Positions 39,635-51,600 of a stretch of DNA of 62,401 bases are shown here, one piece after another. The notes under the pieces are model-generated. The model did no database searches and was not told where the DNA came from. It was given only the letters and a program-made list of their open reading frames with translations. The first letter of the stretch is position 1; the number at the start of each line of letters is the position of its first letter. The DNA lies in NCBI GenBank assembly GCA_904063045.1, contig CAJFCJ010000014.1, positions 1,048,217 through 1,110,617 on the forward strand, read 5' to 3'. The translations under genes were made by a program, and so were the position numbers. Origin of the DNA: Dimorphilus gyrociliatus (lineage: Eukaryota > Animalia > Annelida).

Positions 39635-39843
39635 TACAGATCTTACGTTATCAGGCGAAAATTTTAAAATATATTTTAAAAGTAAATAGTTGATCAATCG
39701 GATAAATTCCTTCTAAAGCCGTATCATATCCTATTCATAGATTGGTATGGACGGTTATACTGATACGAACTTGATGTAATACTCGGTAGAAACTTGATTT
39801 TATTCTATTTATGACAAATGTATACAAAAATCTCGCAGTTTCT

Positions 39844-39876
39844 CGCGACCTTAGCTAAAATTAGGTCAAGGTCGCG
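39844..39876. promoter_or_regulatory. SOCS promoter element: DR0 AGGTCAAGGTCG within a CGCGACCTT...AAGGTCGCG inverted repeat
   Basis: Read directly, about 230 bp upstream of the SOCS ATG in a local CG-rich patch. Confidence 0.5.
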
Positions 39877-40032
39877 CGCGTTTTATTCAAAATCCGTTTT
39901 AACAAATTCTGCATTTTTATAACACGTAAACGAAATATATTACAATCAATTACAATCAAAACAAGTAGTTTTTTTTAGACAGGAGATGCTGACACTTTTA
40001 ATCTTCTAATAAGTAGACGCTCACTCTTGTTA

Positions 40033-42582
40033 TCAGCGAAATTTTGGATTCGATTTAAAGCCCAAATCTAAATGCGTTTGAATTTTCGAACTAATTTTGC
40101 AGCTTGCTTGGATTTACTTTTAATGACTTACCGACATCAGGCAAGTCAATATCAATATTCACATTAAAATTGTGAGCATCGTATAGACTCATAGTTTCCT
40201 CAGACTGTAAATGATTTATTAAACATGAATACTCGAAAGAAAAATACCCAGCTGGTAATAGTTACCTTATTGTCTGCAGACGTTTTAGATACAGATGAAT
40301 TTGAATTTTTTAAACTCCCTGCGATGTCTTCAGTTGAAATAGGTTTAAAGGCATTCATATATCTCTGCTTAATCTGAGCCTTAATTTCTGGATTTTTTGA
40401 CTTGGTTACTAGAACTGTTGGTCGGCCTTTAGTTCTTGTGAACGGATCAGCCTTTGCATTCTTTTGTTCGGCTTTTTCTTGTTTTAGAGCGTCTTCGGCT
40501 CGTTTTAAATTATTTAATCTATTCTTTTTATTAATTTCTGACACTTTTTGTATAGAGCTGTTCCTTTTCTCATCAATTTCGTCCGCTTGTTGTTGCAGTT
40601 CACTAAGTTCGGCTTTAATCTGAAAAGTTCCAGAGAGTATATTAAAATATTCTTTTTTAAGATTACTGAGTTAACCTCTTCAACTCTCTTCATATTCTTC
40701 TCATTTTCTGCAACTTCTATCTCCTTTAATAAATGGGTTTTTTTCATAGCCATATTATGAGGTCGTTTCTTAAACCTCTCTTTCTCCTTAAGCATAACAT
40801 CAATATCTTTATCTTCCAGCTGATAATTCATAGCATTTTCGATATGTTTTATCTGTTTTCCAATAAATATATTATATTCATTAATAATAATTCAACATAT
40901 AGTCCTTTAATATGCAGTAATTTTATCTTTAGCTCACCTTCTTTTTCACATCTTCTTCTCTTGGCAAGTGCACAAAATTATCTTCCATTTGGCTCTTCCA
41001 CAACGCAAACTCTTCAGGTGTAAAATCTTGATTCGAAACGTACTCAAGTCTAAGTAAATTAGTTGTTAGACAAAATTCAAAATGACAACTTCACTTAACA
41101 TTTAATAATGTACCTGTAAACTCTTTCGGCATTCACATTTTTAAGCTTTAAGCCTTTATTTGTGCGTGTAGAACCTAAATTATATACATGATTTGTTTCA
41201 ACAACATCCTTAATTTCAGCCACGCGATAGGCTGGCTTTCCATTTGGACTATTACCAATTCCTATTTGAATAAATTTAACTATTATTCACAAAAGCATTT
41301 TACTTTGTAAAATTCTACTTTACCTATTCGAACAAAGCATCCTATTACAGTTTCTTTGAAAAACGGCATATGACACCATTTTTCTAAAAAAATCCTACTT
41401 AATTTTATTCTTGACAGTTCCTCGTTACTTTCTACAAATCTGTTTTCACTATTTGTCGTATTAAAAATAATTGTTTCTTTCAATCTGAAAAGAAATTACT
41501 TACTTATTTATGATCTCGCGAGCTTTCTGGCCCTCACTCTCACTCTCTGAAGACACGGATGATGAAGAGTAAGAAGGAGCTCTAACTGCTGTCCTTTCCC
41601 TCAGTTTATTACTATGAGATTGTCTGGATTTTTCTTCGAAAGAGTCATCGCTATCAGAATCATATACATCTTTGACACTTAGTCTATCTGCTTTCTTCTT
41701 TTTTTCAGCTTCTAAATTTTAGGAAAACAGACAATTTTTATTAGAAAATATATACTGAATTTCGTTACACTAACCTTTCTCCATGACTTTTAGTCTTGAA
41801 GCCTTTAATTCATCAAATATGGAGAATTTATTATTTTTTTTCTGTTCCATAGCTTTACAGAGTAAAAATTTAGTATAAAGTTTCTCTTCATTAAAAAATA
41901 ATTACCCATTTGTCTTTCATTCTGAAATTTTTCTTTACTTTTTGCTGCCTTTGAAGATTTTTTATTTCCGCTAGATTTGGATGGAGCTGAACCTTTACCA
42001 CCCTTTTCCTTTTTTGGCTTTTTTGCCTTCTTTAGTTTTAACTTTATTTCATGTTGTATTCTTAGCCTTTCACGCTCTTGCATTCGACGATAAATTTCTG
42101 CTTCACGTTGTCTCTGATTTAGTGATTCCAAAAATTTTTTGTCAGCTTCATCTCCAACGCATCCTTCGTCATAACCGTCATCAAAATTACTTTCAATGTC
42201 GGACGAAGAACTACTTAATTCCCCTTTAATTGAATATGAACTTAGAATACGGTTATGAAAAAAACTTGTACTCTTACCTTCTTCCGGTTCAGAAATTCTG
42301 GTAGTTTCAGCTACTTTTTTCTTCTTTTTTGGACACTGCATGAATAAAAACTATTAATAGATATTTTAATATACTTATGCAATAGCCTACAAAAAATAAC
42401 GAAAAAATTAAGTAAATGCTTAAAGCAATTTGATCTTTCCGAAGAATCTGATCATTCAACAGAAACAGCAAAACCATTGCAATTTTCTTTCATATTGCCA
42501 AAATCACCTCATCGGCGGTACTCCATGAAGAGTCATCGTCGCTATCGCCTACATCACCGTCTTTATTTCTTCTCTTCGACAT
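40033..42582 (-). CDS. RTF1: PAF1 complex subunit RTF1 (HMD, Plus3 domain), multi-exon
   Basis: [20 protein letters not shown] start at 42582; EPEEGEL...[22 protein letters not shown]...[13 protein letters not shown]; Plus3 [32 protein letters not shown] and [15 protein letters not shown]; [11 protein letters not shown]; [16 protein letters not shown]. The last exon (40067-40033) is tentative. Confidence 0.92.
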
Positions 42583-42989
42583 ATTTTCACTGCATTTTCT
42601 CAATCTTCAGTGGATTGTTCAAGTTGACTTTGCAGGTGTCGCTGCAAGACGACTTCCGCTTGACACTTCCTGTTTGTAGTGAAAAACAACAAATGTTAAT
42701 ATGTAATTTCTTGTTTTGCAACCATACGACTTTAAATAATTTTATAATTATTTCATAAGTATGCAAACACTGTAAAGCACAATATTTTGTTTGAGACATT
42801 ATATTTTTAGGTTTTCAAAATGTCCGCTCCGTGTAAATAACCTACTTCGGTTATAGGGACATTCTATAGTTCCTGGTCTTACAACAACAATCACAACCTT
42901 GACCCTTATTACCAGTGATTCATACAATTTATCAATATAAAAAATTTTGCGTTCCAGAGTGGAGATTTTACAAGTATTCTTATGGGATA
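42583..42989. promoter_or_regulatory. Bidirectional promoter/5' UTR region of RTF1 and ZFYVE1
   Basis: Head-to-head ATGs about 400 bp apart. ETS-type ACTTCCG at 42652-42658 and DR0-like CAACCTTGACCC at 42894-42905. Confidence 0.65.
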
Positions 42990-45865
42990 ATGTCCACAAG
43001 ACAAAAATCGAATATTCAGCGCAAAACAAGATCTTCAATCAAATTCTGTGGAGAGAAATTGGACTGCAGAATCGAGAACGCGACAGCTGATTATTTTTGT
43101 TCTAATTGCAATACCTTCCAGTGTAAACAATGCACAAAATTTCTTCACAAAGATGAAACTAAAGCTTTTCATGACCGTAACCCTGCTCCCCTTCCCCAAC
43201 AACATGAATTATGTCAAAATGGTTGCGATGATCGAAACTACGCTGACGTAACTTGCGAAATCTGTAAGAAAAATTTCTGTTTCGCTTGTTTTAAACAACT
43301 GCATAGCACTAATTCAACAAAGAAGCATAAGACGAAAACATTTACCCCAACTGATTTATTATTATCACCCGAGGAACAGCGTATCAAGCCCAGATGCGAC
43401 GATGAAAAAAATATCTTAGATGACCCCTATTTTTCTTTGTCCTCTCCCGAACCTTTCGAGCAAGCCATAATGGAATTACCCGACATTGCCAATACTATGA
43501 AAGCAAATATGAATCTTGTGTCATATGACACATCTTCAACCCCGAAACGGACATTCTCTGTTGATGACGATACCGTTGATTTTCAAGACTCTATTAAGAG
43601 CTTCATGTTAATCGACAATAATGAAAAGCTTCTGGTGAAGAATACCGAGGAATTTTGTAAACATTTAGGTTGTGAGGAGGAGAATCAGTTTAAAGTAATA
43701 TAAAACATTTTTTTTTACAATGATAATTTAATACCTTTTATCTGTATAGGTTGTTTCTATATTTGGTAACACGGGCGACGGGAAAAGCTACACATTAAAC
43801 CATACTTTTTGTGGCGGAAGAGAAGTATTTCAAACAAGCTCCAATCCAGATTCGTGTACCATTGGGGTCTGGGCAGCATATGACCCACTGAACGGCGCTC
43901 TGTTGATTGATACTGAAGGCCTACTTGGTATCTCTGAAAACTCCAATCAAAGAACTCGTTTACTCCTTAAAGTTCTGGCCATCTCAGATGTTATTATCTA
44001 TCGGACAAGAGCCGAACGTTTGCATACTGATCTCTTTAAGTTCCTGGCTGATGCTAGTTCCGCCTATGAGAAACATTTCAGCGAGGAATTGAAAGCCCTC
44101 CAAAGGCGCTGCAGCTTAGAAGATATGGAAATTTCTAATTTGGGACCGGCTGTCATTATATTTCATGAAACTCGCGACACAGATGTAATAGGAAAAAGTA
44201 AATAAGCAATACAAATACATACAAAAGACATTTATTAACAATTGTTAATTATTACTGCCTTTATTTCCAGGTTCAATGGCATGTAACACTTCATCTTCAA
44301 TAATAAAAAAACGCTTCGCAAAGTTAGATTTAAGAGTTGATGCTTTTCGGGCAATTGACTATGTTGGAACTAGGACGATAACTCCTCCCACTGAATTCCA
44401 ATGTAAGAGATTATCTAGAACATAATCCTTAATATAATTGTAATTTTACGGCTTATAAGATTAACTTTGAACGCTTTTAAATAGTTCTTCGTCACGCTGT
44501 TATAACGAGATTGAAAGACGATTCAGTAAGGTCAAAACGACGACCTGCAGTCATACTACAAGCTCTGAAGGTGACAAGAAACTTATATAATTATTTTCTT
44601 TAAACACTATTATTTACAGACGTTGAATGAGAAATTTAGCGGAAAGATTGAAAAACTACTGCCAAGTTCCTTCCCTGACGAATATTTTACTTGTACCGCA
44701 ACATGCCTTTCATGCAATTTCCGTTGTACTCAGACCGTTAATCACTCGAACATTCCACATTCATGTAATAAGAGATGCATCTTTCAGTCCCAATTCGATA
44801 ATAAAATGTTCTACTGCAAACACTGCTACGACTGCGGAGATAATCGTTTGGTGGTACCTAAAACTTCTGGTTCACAGGATAGTTCGTGGGTTGGTTTGGC
44901 TAAATTTGCTTGGTCCGGTTATGTTTTGGAGTGTAATAAGTGTGGGGTAATTTATCGCTCGAGGCAATTCTGGTACGGTAATGAAGATCCTGACAAATCG
45001 GCAGTTCGAACTGTTATACAACATGTATGGCCTGACGGCAATAGAATACTCGGTTCGTCGCATAATGCTGCCCAAAAGCTATTAGACGGTCTAAGCTACG
45101 TGTCGGAAGGAATTGCTAACTTATCAGCTAAGCCAGCTAAAGCAGTGTCCAACCTCGTTAATGACCAAATAGCTCCTGCATATTGGATACCAAATTCAAA
45201 AATAAAGTCCTGTTCAAACTGTGGAGTAATTTTTGGTGGTAGGGAAAGCATACACCATTGTAGAGCTTGTGGTAAAGGATTCTGCGACGATTGTTCCTCT
45301 TACAGACGAGCTGTACCAGAGCGTGGATGGGGCCAAGAACCTGTTAGGGTTTGTAAAGACTGCAGCTCTCCTGACTCAAAGAAATTAGGTACGTTCAATC
45401 AAGATGAAAAACAATCGTTCGGAGCAACTGACCACCCTTACGTTTTCTCCGTAGCATCAACTGTCGATCCGCGAGATGTGAGGGCCAGGAAACTTGGAGA
45501 GGCTATTTCTTCTACCTTAGGAGTAGTCGCTTCAGCAATGGAGTATCCAAAGGGTAAGTAGTTTTTAAGCATAACGTATTTCACAAGGCTATTGACTAAA
45601 TACCATTTCTCTAACAGATGTCGTTAAAGATTCTGCGAGACCTTCTTATTGGACTCCCGATGCCGACTGCAAAGGTTGCATCATTTGCAATAATATTTTT
45701 AATTTGAAGAATCCTATTCATCATTGCCGTTCATGCGGTGAAGGAGTCTGCGAAAATTGTTCGAAAGATAGATTGCCTGTTCCAGAAAGAGGATGGGATA
45801 GTCCCGTAAGAGTGTGCACAAGATGTGCTTGTACTATTGCAAATTCCGACTGTGATGGCTTGTAA
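42990..45865 (+). CDS. ZFYVE1: Zinc finger FYVE domain protein 1 (DFCP1): B-box-like, GTPase/ATPase domain, two FYVE domains
   Basis: VVSIFGNTGDGKSYTLNHTF, DTEGLLG, RTRLLLKVLAISDVIIYRT, FPDEYFTC, SWVGLAKFAWSGYVLEC, DQIAPAYWIPNS...HHCRACGKGFC and a second FYVE ARPSYWTPD...HHCRSCGEGVC ending at TAA 45865 all match ZFYVE1. Confidence 0.96.
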
Positions 45866-46339
45866 CAATTTTCGCCTGATTCCGTTAATAAAGAGTACAA
45901 AGAAAAAGTTACAAAAAAAATATTCATCTATTAAATTTGTAAAACTGCTTTTCTCAGGTGCAGTCATTTACATTTTCTTTAAAGAAGCTATTTCTTTGAC
46001 GGAGAAAGCGTATCATATTTTACTGGACTGTCCTTACCAATCGGGTAAACTATTGTTTGTTCCCTAAGGTATTACAATCTTATATGTTCTTATCTAAATT
46101 AAATCATTATACAGTTGTTCCTACATATATACATATATACAGTATTTTAAGTATATATATAAGCCTAAATTAACATATATATATTTATATATACACTTAA
46201 TCTATATACAGTATATATATATAAAAATTTATCTTTTTAGCTCTACTATCTAGTAAACAGTTATTGAGTAGTGATGAATACAATTCCAAATTCAATTTTG
46301 TCTTTGTTCAGTGTTTATTTAGGTCAATTATGAATAGAA

Positions 46340-47128
46340 CTAATATTTAAATATCATAGGCTTTTCCGGTATTGACTGGGTCGGTTTTGACTTAAAAAGT
46401 AATTTGTATAAACGAATCAAATTACCGATTAAACAAGCATAAAAAAGGGCTAATAATAACGGTATATGACAAATTAAGAGCAAGTATAATCTAGAACAGA
46501 TAGTTAAGCACTCCTCTTTAAATATTGATGATTTAGATGGAGGCTTTTCAAATATACTCCTATGAAGATTATTATCGATAAGATTAATACTAAGCGAGGG
46601 TCTGAAAGCAAACATTGAAGCGGCTATTGAACGTGGAGATCCACTGCGGTGCCTCTTTACAGTCAAACGGTTTTCCTTCTTGGGACGTTTCAATTCAGCA
46701 ATGCTTACTTTATACTTCATGCGGTCGCTAACCGTATTGGGATTTTTACGTATAAGAGAATCCAACTCTATTTGTACCAAGTTGGTAGGGATTAATTCAA
46801 AACCCCTCTTTGGACTCTTCCCTCTAAAGTAGACTATATGTATAGTGGCTAGGGAACTTCTTTTAGATAGATTTTGTTTCGCCGCATCTAAAAATTGAAG
46901 AATTGTCACACCAACAACGTTGTCATATAAGGTATTATAAACATGAAGTAGAGCCCTCTCCAAAATAATTGAATGAATTCTAAAAGACGACGAGTTAATA
47001 TTTAACTGTTCAGGACCAAACGTACAATCTATTATTATAATACATAAAGCATAACTTATCGATGTTTGAAAATTATTAGATTTAATCTGTTTCGATTCGT
47101 GAGAATTTATTTGTTCTTGCTTATTCAT
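46340..47128 (-). CDS. Orphan 262-aa protein with a C-terminal hydrophobic (TM-like) segment
   Basis: 789-nt open frame starting at ATG. Hydrophobic LYLLLICHIPLLLALFYACLIGNLI near the C-terminus. No family recognised. Confidence 0.5.
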   Translation of the reverse strand: MNKQEQINSHESKQIKSNNFQTSISYALCIIIIDCTFGPEQLNINSSSFRIHSIILERALLHVYNTLYDNVVGVTILQFLDAAKQNLSKRSSLATIHIVYFRGKSPKRGFELIPTNLVQIELDSLIRKNPNTVSDRMKYKVSIAELKRPKKENRLTVKRHRSGSPRSIAASMFAFRPSLSINLIDNNLHRSIFEKPPSKSSIFKEECLTICSRLYLLLICHIPLLLALFYACLIGNLIRLYKLLFKSKPTQSIPEKPMIFKY

Positions 47129-47205
47129 AAAGATCTCAGGATTTAAGTTATTACAATTGTTATGTAGATGATGTAAGATATTATTTTTAATAATATCAAA
47201 TGACG

Positions 47206-48130
47206 TCAGTCAAGCCTTAAAATGGAGGAAATAGGACTATTACACATAGGACATTTATCAACTCGTACACAACAATATGAACACAAGCAGGCATGTCTGC
47301 AAGGAAGTATGGCTCTGGAAATGGTTACATCCATACAAACACTGCACTCTCCCAGCGAACCATACAAAATTCTCGCCTCATTCACTATTTCTTTATTATT
47401 CATCACGTAATGCCTCGGTGAACTGCCCTCTTTCAACGACAGCAACTGCTTCGTTATCTGCCAACAATGTTACGCAATATTCATGTATATATCTGTTCGA
47501 ACAAGTATTTGTACTAATTTACCGAAATTTCACTTTGATCATTAATTTGATTATCTGAACTTGAATCTTGATCTATCGACTCATTATAAGGTCTACTTTC
47601 TTCTGTATTGTTGCTAGAGACAATAAACAGCAGGTGTAATTGATTCTTTTCAACTTTAAAGGAGAGTGAACTACAACCAGCTTCCACTGTTTTTTTTTCG
47701 AAGCATTTCGCTTCTAATCGACTAGTATGCAATTTTAATAATTCTATAGTATCCTCAGATCCCAGAAAGCTATATACAGTGCATTCTTTATGAGCGTCAA
47801 TTTCAATTGTTTGGGGATTATTTTCAGAACGACCTATGCTAATGTTAGAAATTACTCTTAAACTTATAGGATTATAGACACGAGTATAGTTTCTTTCCTC
47901 TAAAAGTACATTGATATTTGGCTTAATATTTTGCCGTGTAGGTCTCAATGAGCTGAAAATATTTGCAAAATAAATTAATTATCGCTCCGAAAATGTAGTG
48001 ACGTTGAATACCTTTGATATATGTCATAAAATACTTTGAAAAAAATAACTAATAGGCTGATCAAGAATATAAAGCTAAGAATAAGAGTAATTATTCTTGA
48101 GCTTTCGCCCAATGCAAAGTTGTCATTCAT
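47206..48130 (-). CDS. CGRRF1: CGRRF1-like TM + C3HC4 RING E3 ligase, 3 exons
   Basis: Exon 1 MNDNFALGESSRIITLILSFIFLISLLVIFFKVF (TM) splices in frame to ...TRVYNPISLRVISN (compare CGRRF1 QVKNPFGLEITN). RING ECSVCMDVTISRAILPCRHACLCSYCCVRVDKCPMC matches the LPCRHxCLC pattern. Confidence 0.65.
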
Positions 48131-48616
48131 AAAGGTATGTTATTAATAGTAACTAGTTTAAAAGCGAAACAACAAAATACTCATGGTACCAGTTTTCTTA
48201 CACTAGCCTGGTATTAAGACATTCATAAATGGCAAATAACAACTCATCAATTGATATTAAATGCTCGAATAATCTTTTTCGCAACAATTTATGTTATTTT
48301 TCAGAATTTATACATATATAATCGCATAGGTCAGCTGAAAAAAAGCAAAACACCGTACATTATTTAGGACCAGTGTACTTCCGGTTACGTATAGGGTCAA
48401 TATCGATTGCTTAGCAACATAGCAACTTATGCAAGATGGCGGAATTCTGATCAGCCGCAGAAAAACAACAAATAGTCGATGACAGTTTCTAGCGGATGAC
48501 AGTCGAATTTAATAAAAATAGATTAAGGCTCTCTCACTGGAAATGCGTCTTTGGAATATCTTATGAATGGAACATTACTGTGTCAGATTGTGGACTCTCG
48601 AATTCAGTGACATTTA
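48131..48616. promoter_or_regulatory. Bidirectional promoter CGRRF1/TOGARAM1 with ETS, RFX X-box and YY1 motifs
   Basis: ACTTCCGGT at 48377-48385; ATTGCTTAGCAAC at 48406-48418 followed by ATAGCAAC; AAGATGGCGG at 48433-48442. Confidence 0.65.
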
Positions 48617-51600
48617 ATGGCGGTGCAAGCCAAACTGGCACCGTTCCCTGCGAGGCACCAGAGTCACAGAATTTATCCGCATTGCCGATCTAGTTTGGCA
48701 GTAAGTATGGAAGAAGATGACTTAGCAAAATTGCAAAGCGATACATATAGCTACAAATTGGAAATACTTGATCGATTATATACGCAGGCATTAACAAACG
48801 GAGGACACCTGCCTTTTAGAAATTGTACTAATGCAGCTGTCTACAGTAGTCTATCATCAGCTTTGTGCGACCCTCAATCAGATGTTAGGCAGAAATGTAT
48901 AGAACTGATAGATCACACATTAGCCCAACAAGAAAACGTGGATTCATGTATGTCTGTTCTTATGCAGAAGCTGATACCAAATATAGGCGATAGTAACATC
49001 GCTATTCGTAAAGCCGTAACTCAAACTTTAAAGCACTATATGTCATTGACGTCCGACCTCCAGGAGCTGATATCGGCTATCGTTAACTATGGCTTATCTA
49101 ACCCGGACACTCATATTAGACGAGAGACAATTATAGCTCTACCGATCATCCTACACGACGACCAATTCGCTCACGAAAACTTCTTTAAACTCGCTCAGTC
49201 GCTATGTCAATGTTTACGCGAACGCGACGCTGCTATGAAAAGGGTCGTTCTGACGGCGCTAGGTCATATTAGAAAGTTGGTCGGAGACTCACAATTTTCG
49301 GCCTACATTAAACAAATGCCCCACACGCAGCAAAGTTTTTATTACGAAGCAGAGGGAGGGACAGGCGATCAGGCTTGGATAAATTCTCAGTATTCAAATT
49401 TTTCGGCAGATGAAGATGATGGGGAAGAAGAGGAAGAAGAAAAATTGGAATTTGGAGTAATTCCTCAATACATAATGACAAAAGTCTACAATACAAAAAG
49501 TACTTCTATCCGCCAAACTGGTATGGAACAATTGTTCGCCACTGTGTCAAAATTGGATGATATTGGCGTACACTGCCTGCAGCCTCACCTAATGGGCTTC
49601 ATATCTTTCCTGCATAACATGCTTGACGATCCACATTTTAAATTAACTATGTTAATTTTGGATACTATAGGATCGTTAGTGAACGTTTTGGGTCCAAAAG
49701 CACAACACTATACTCGTTCGTTTGTATTAGCTTTTACTAAACGAATGCCGGATGCTCTAATGAAGATTAGTATTATGAAGGGATTTATTACTCTTATGCA
49801 TGCCCTTACTCCAAAAATTGTAGTTCCTTTTTTGGCTGACAATCTCCGACATAAGAATCATAAAATTAGACAGGAGACATTAAATGTGATCATTGCAACT
49901 GTATTAAGATTTCCTTCTAATGATCTAAACCTTGGAGGAATTTGCCAATTAATCGCCCATACTCTTGTTGATCCAAAAAAGCAAGTTAGATTAGCGTCTC
50001 TCGAGTGTTTTTCGTCAATTGCCCAGAGCATGGGAGCCGGAAGAAGAGAACCATTAGCCAACGCCGTTGATAGTGTTGAATTGTCCAGTAATGGCGAAGG
50101 CGCTTTGGCTGCTGTCCAAGCTCGTTTGGCTAGGCGGCTTTTACCAAAAATCAATACCAACGGATTAGTTGAATACGCTACGCCGTTGTCTAATCGCAAT
50201 TCATTTCAGGGTGTAGATATCGACTGGATAGAACAAGCCAGCAGTAGCACAAATTCGGCGCGTTCTATGAGATCGATACCAACCGATGTTGAAGTTGAGT
50301 CCGTAACTTCTTTCAGCGCTCGTTCGACACCTACTCCAGGAGAGAGTACTAACACACCTCGTCGTATTATCAGCGCCAAATCAAAATCCAAGTTACCATG
50401 GAGTGCAAGTGAGGACGGAGATCGTCTTAGTTTCTCTTCTTCTTGGCCTGACCCTCGAATGTTTGAAGAAGCCAGATCAATAGCTTCAGCAAGTTCACAA
50501 ACGGCTCAGACTCCTACTCCTACGCCGAGACGGGTTCTTGATCCAATACCCATGTCGGCTGCCGAACAAGAAAGGGAAACACCAATACCCACAAGAGCTA
50601 TATTGGCCAGATCAAATTCTACTAAGAATGGACGTCTTCCATCGGCGGCGAGGAGACCTCCATCAGGTAGATCACCTAATGCAGATGCTGAAAAAGAGTC
50701 GGTTATTAGTGGAGAGGATGAGGATGAAATGATGAGGTCATTGACCGGCATTCGGAACAGCGCTTCCATGAAAAAAGCTGAAAAACATAATAGACCAGCG
50801 CCTATTATGACCAATCATCCTTCTGGCAATCCACCTCAAGGGCCCTCAACTCCCACATTCTCACCTCACGGAGGTGTTACTTTTAATATGAATAGTGATT
50901 TTATGGCCAGTATTAAAGGGACGGGTATCGGTTTGAATAACGAAATTACAGAAAGTACGACTAGCGTGACATCTCGCACGCCAATTGCCCGAAAACCTGT
51001 TCATAGGGCTCGAGATTCAACTGCAGGAATAAGTAGTTCAGAACAAGCTGATTCAGCAGCTCTGAACAACATAGCCTTACAAGGTAAAGGGGTCTTTGAA
51101 CCTGACAAGAATGAATTAGAAGAAATAGTTAAACCTTCAAAATCAACACATCCTGGTAGGGATAGACGTCGAGTAACAAAACAACCTAAGGCTCAACCAC
51201 CTTCTCCTGCTTTAAGAAAAAAGAACTCTACCGTAAGACAAGATTCCCAAGATAAAGCTGAAGGCGCAGATTGCTCATCACATGAAGACGATGAATTGTC
51301 TCTTAAACCCTTTACGTCATCATCTTCTCCTCATCAATTAGTGGACATGGCCTTAGGTAAACTAGAAAGCTCGGAATGGGAGAGGAAAACAGAAGGAATA
51401 AGAGATTTTAGGCGAATTGCTCGATTTCACACAGATTGTTTAAAATTTAAGACGCACCAAATTTCCTTGGGTATATGTGCTGAAGCAAAAAATCTAAGAT
51501 CTCAAGTTGCCAGATCAGCAGTTTTTTGTCTAAAAGATTTATTTTCGAACGCCCCTAAGTGTATGGATGCTGAAATGGATTTTTGTACTAAAACCTTACT

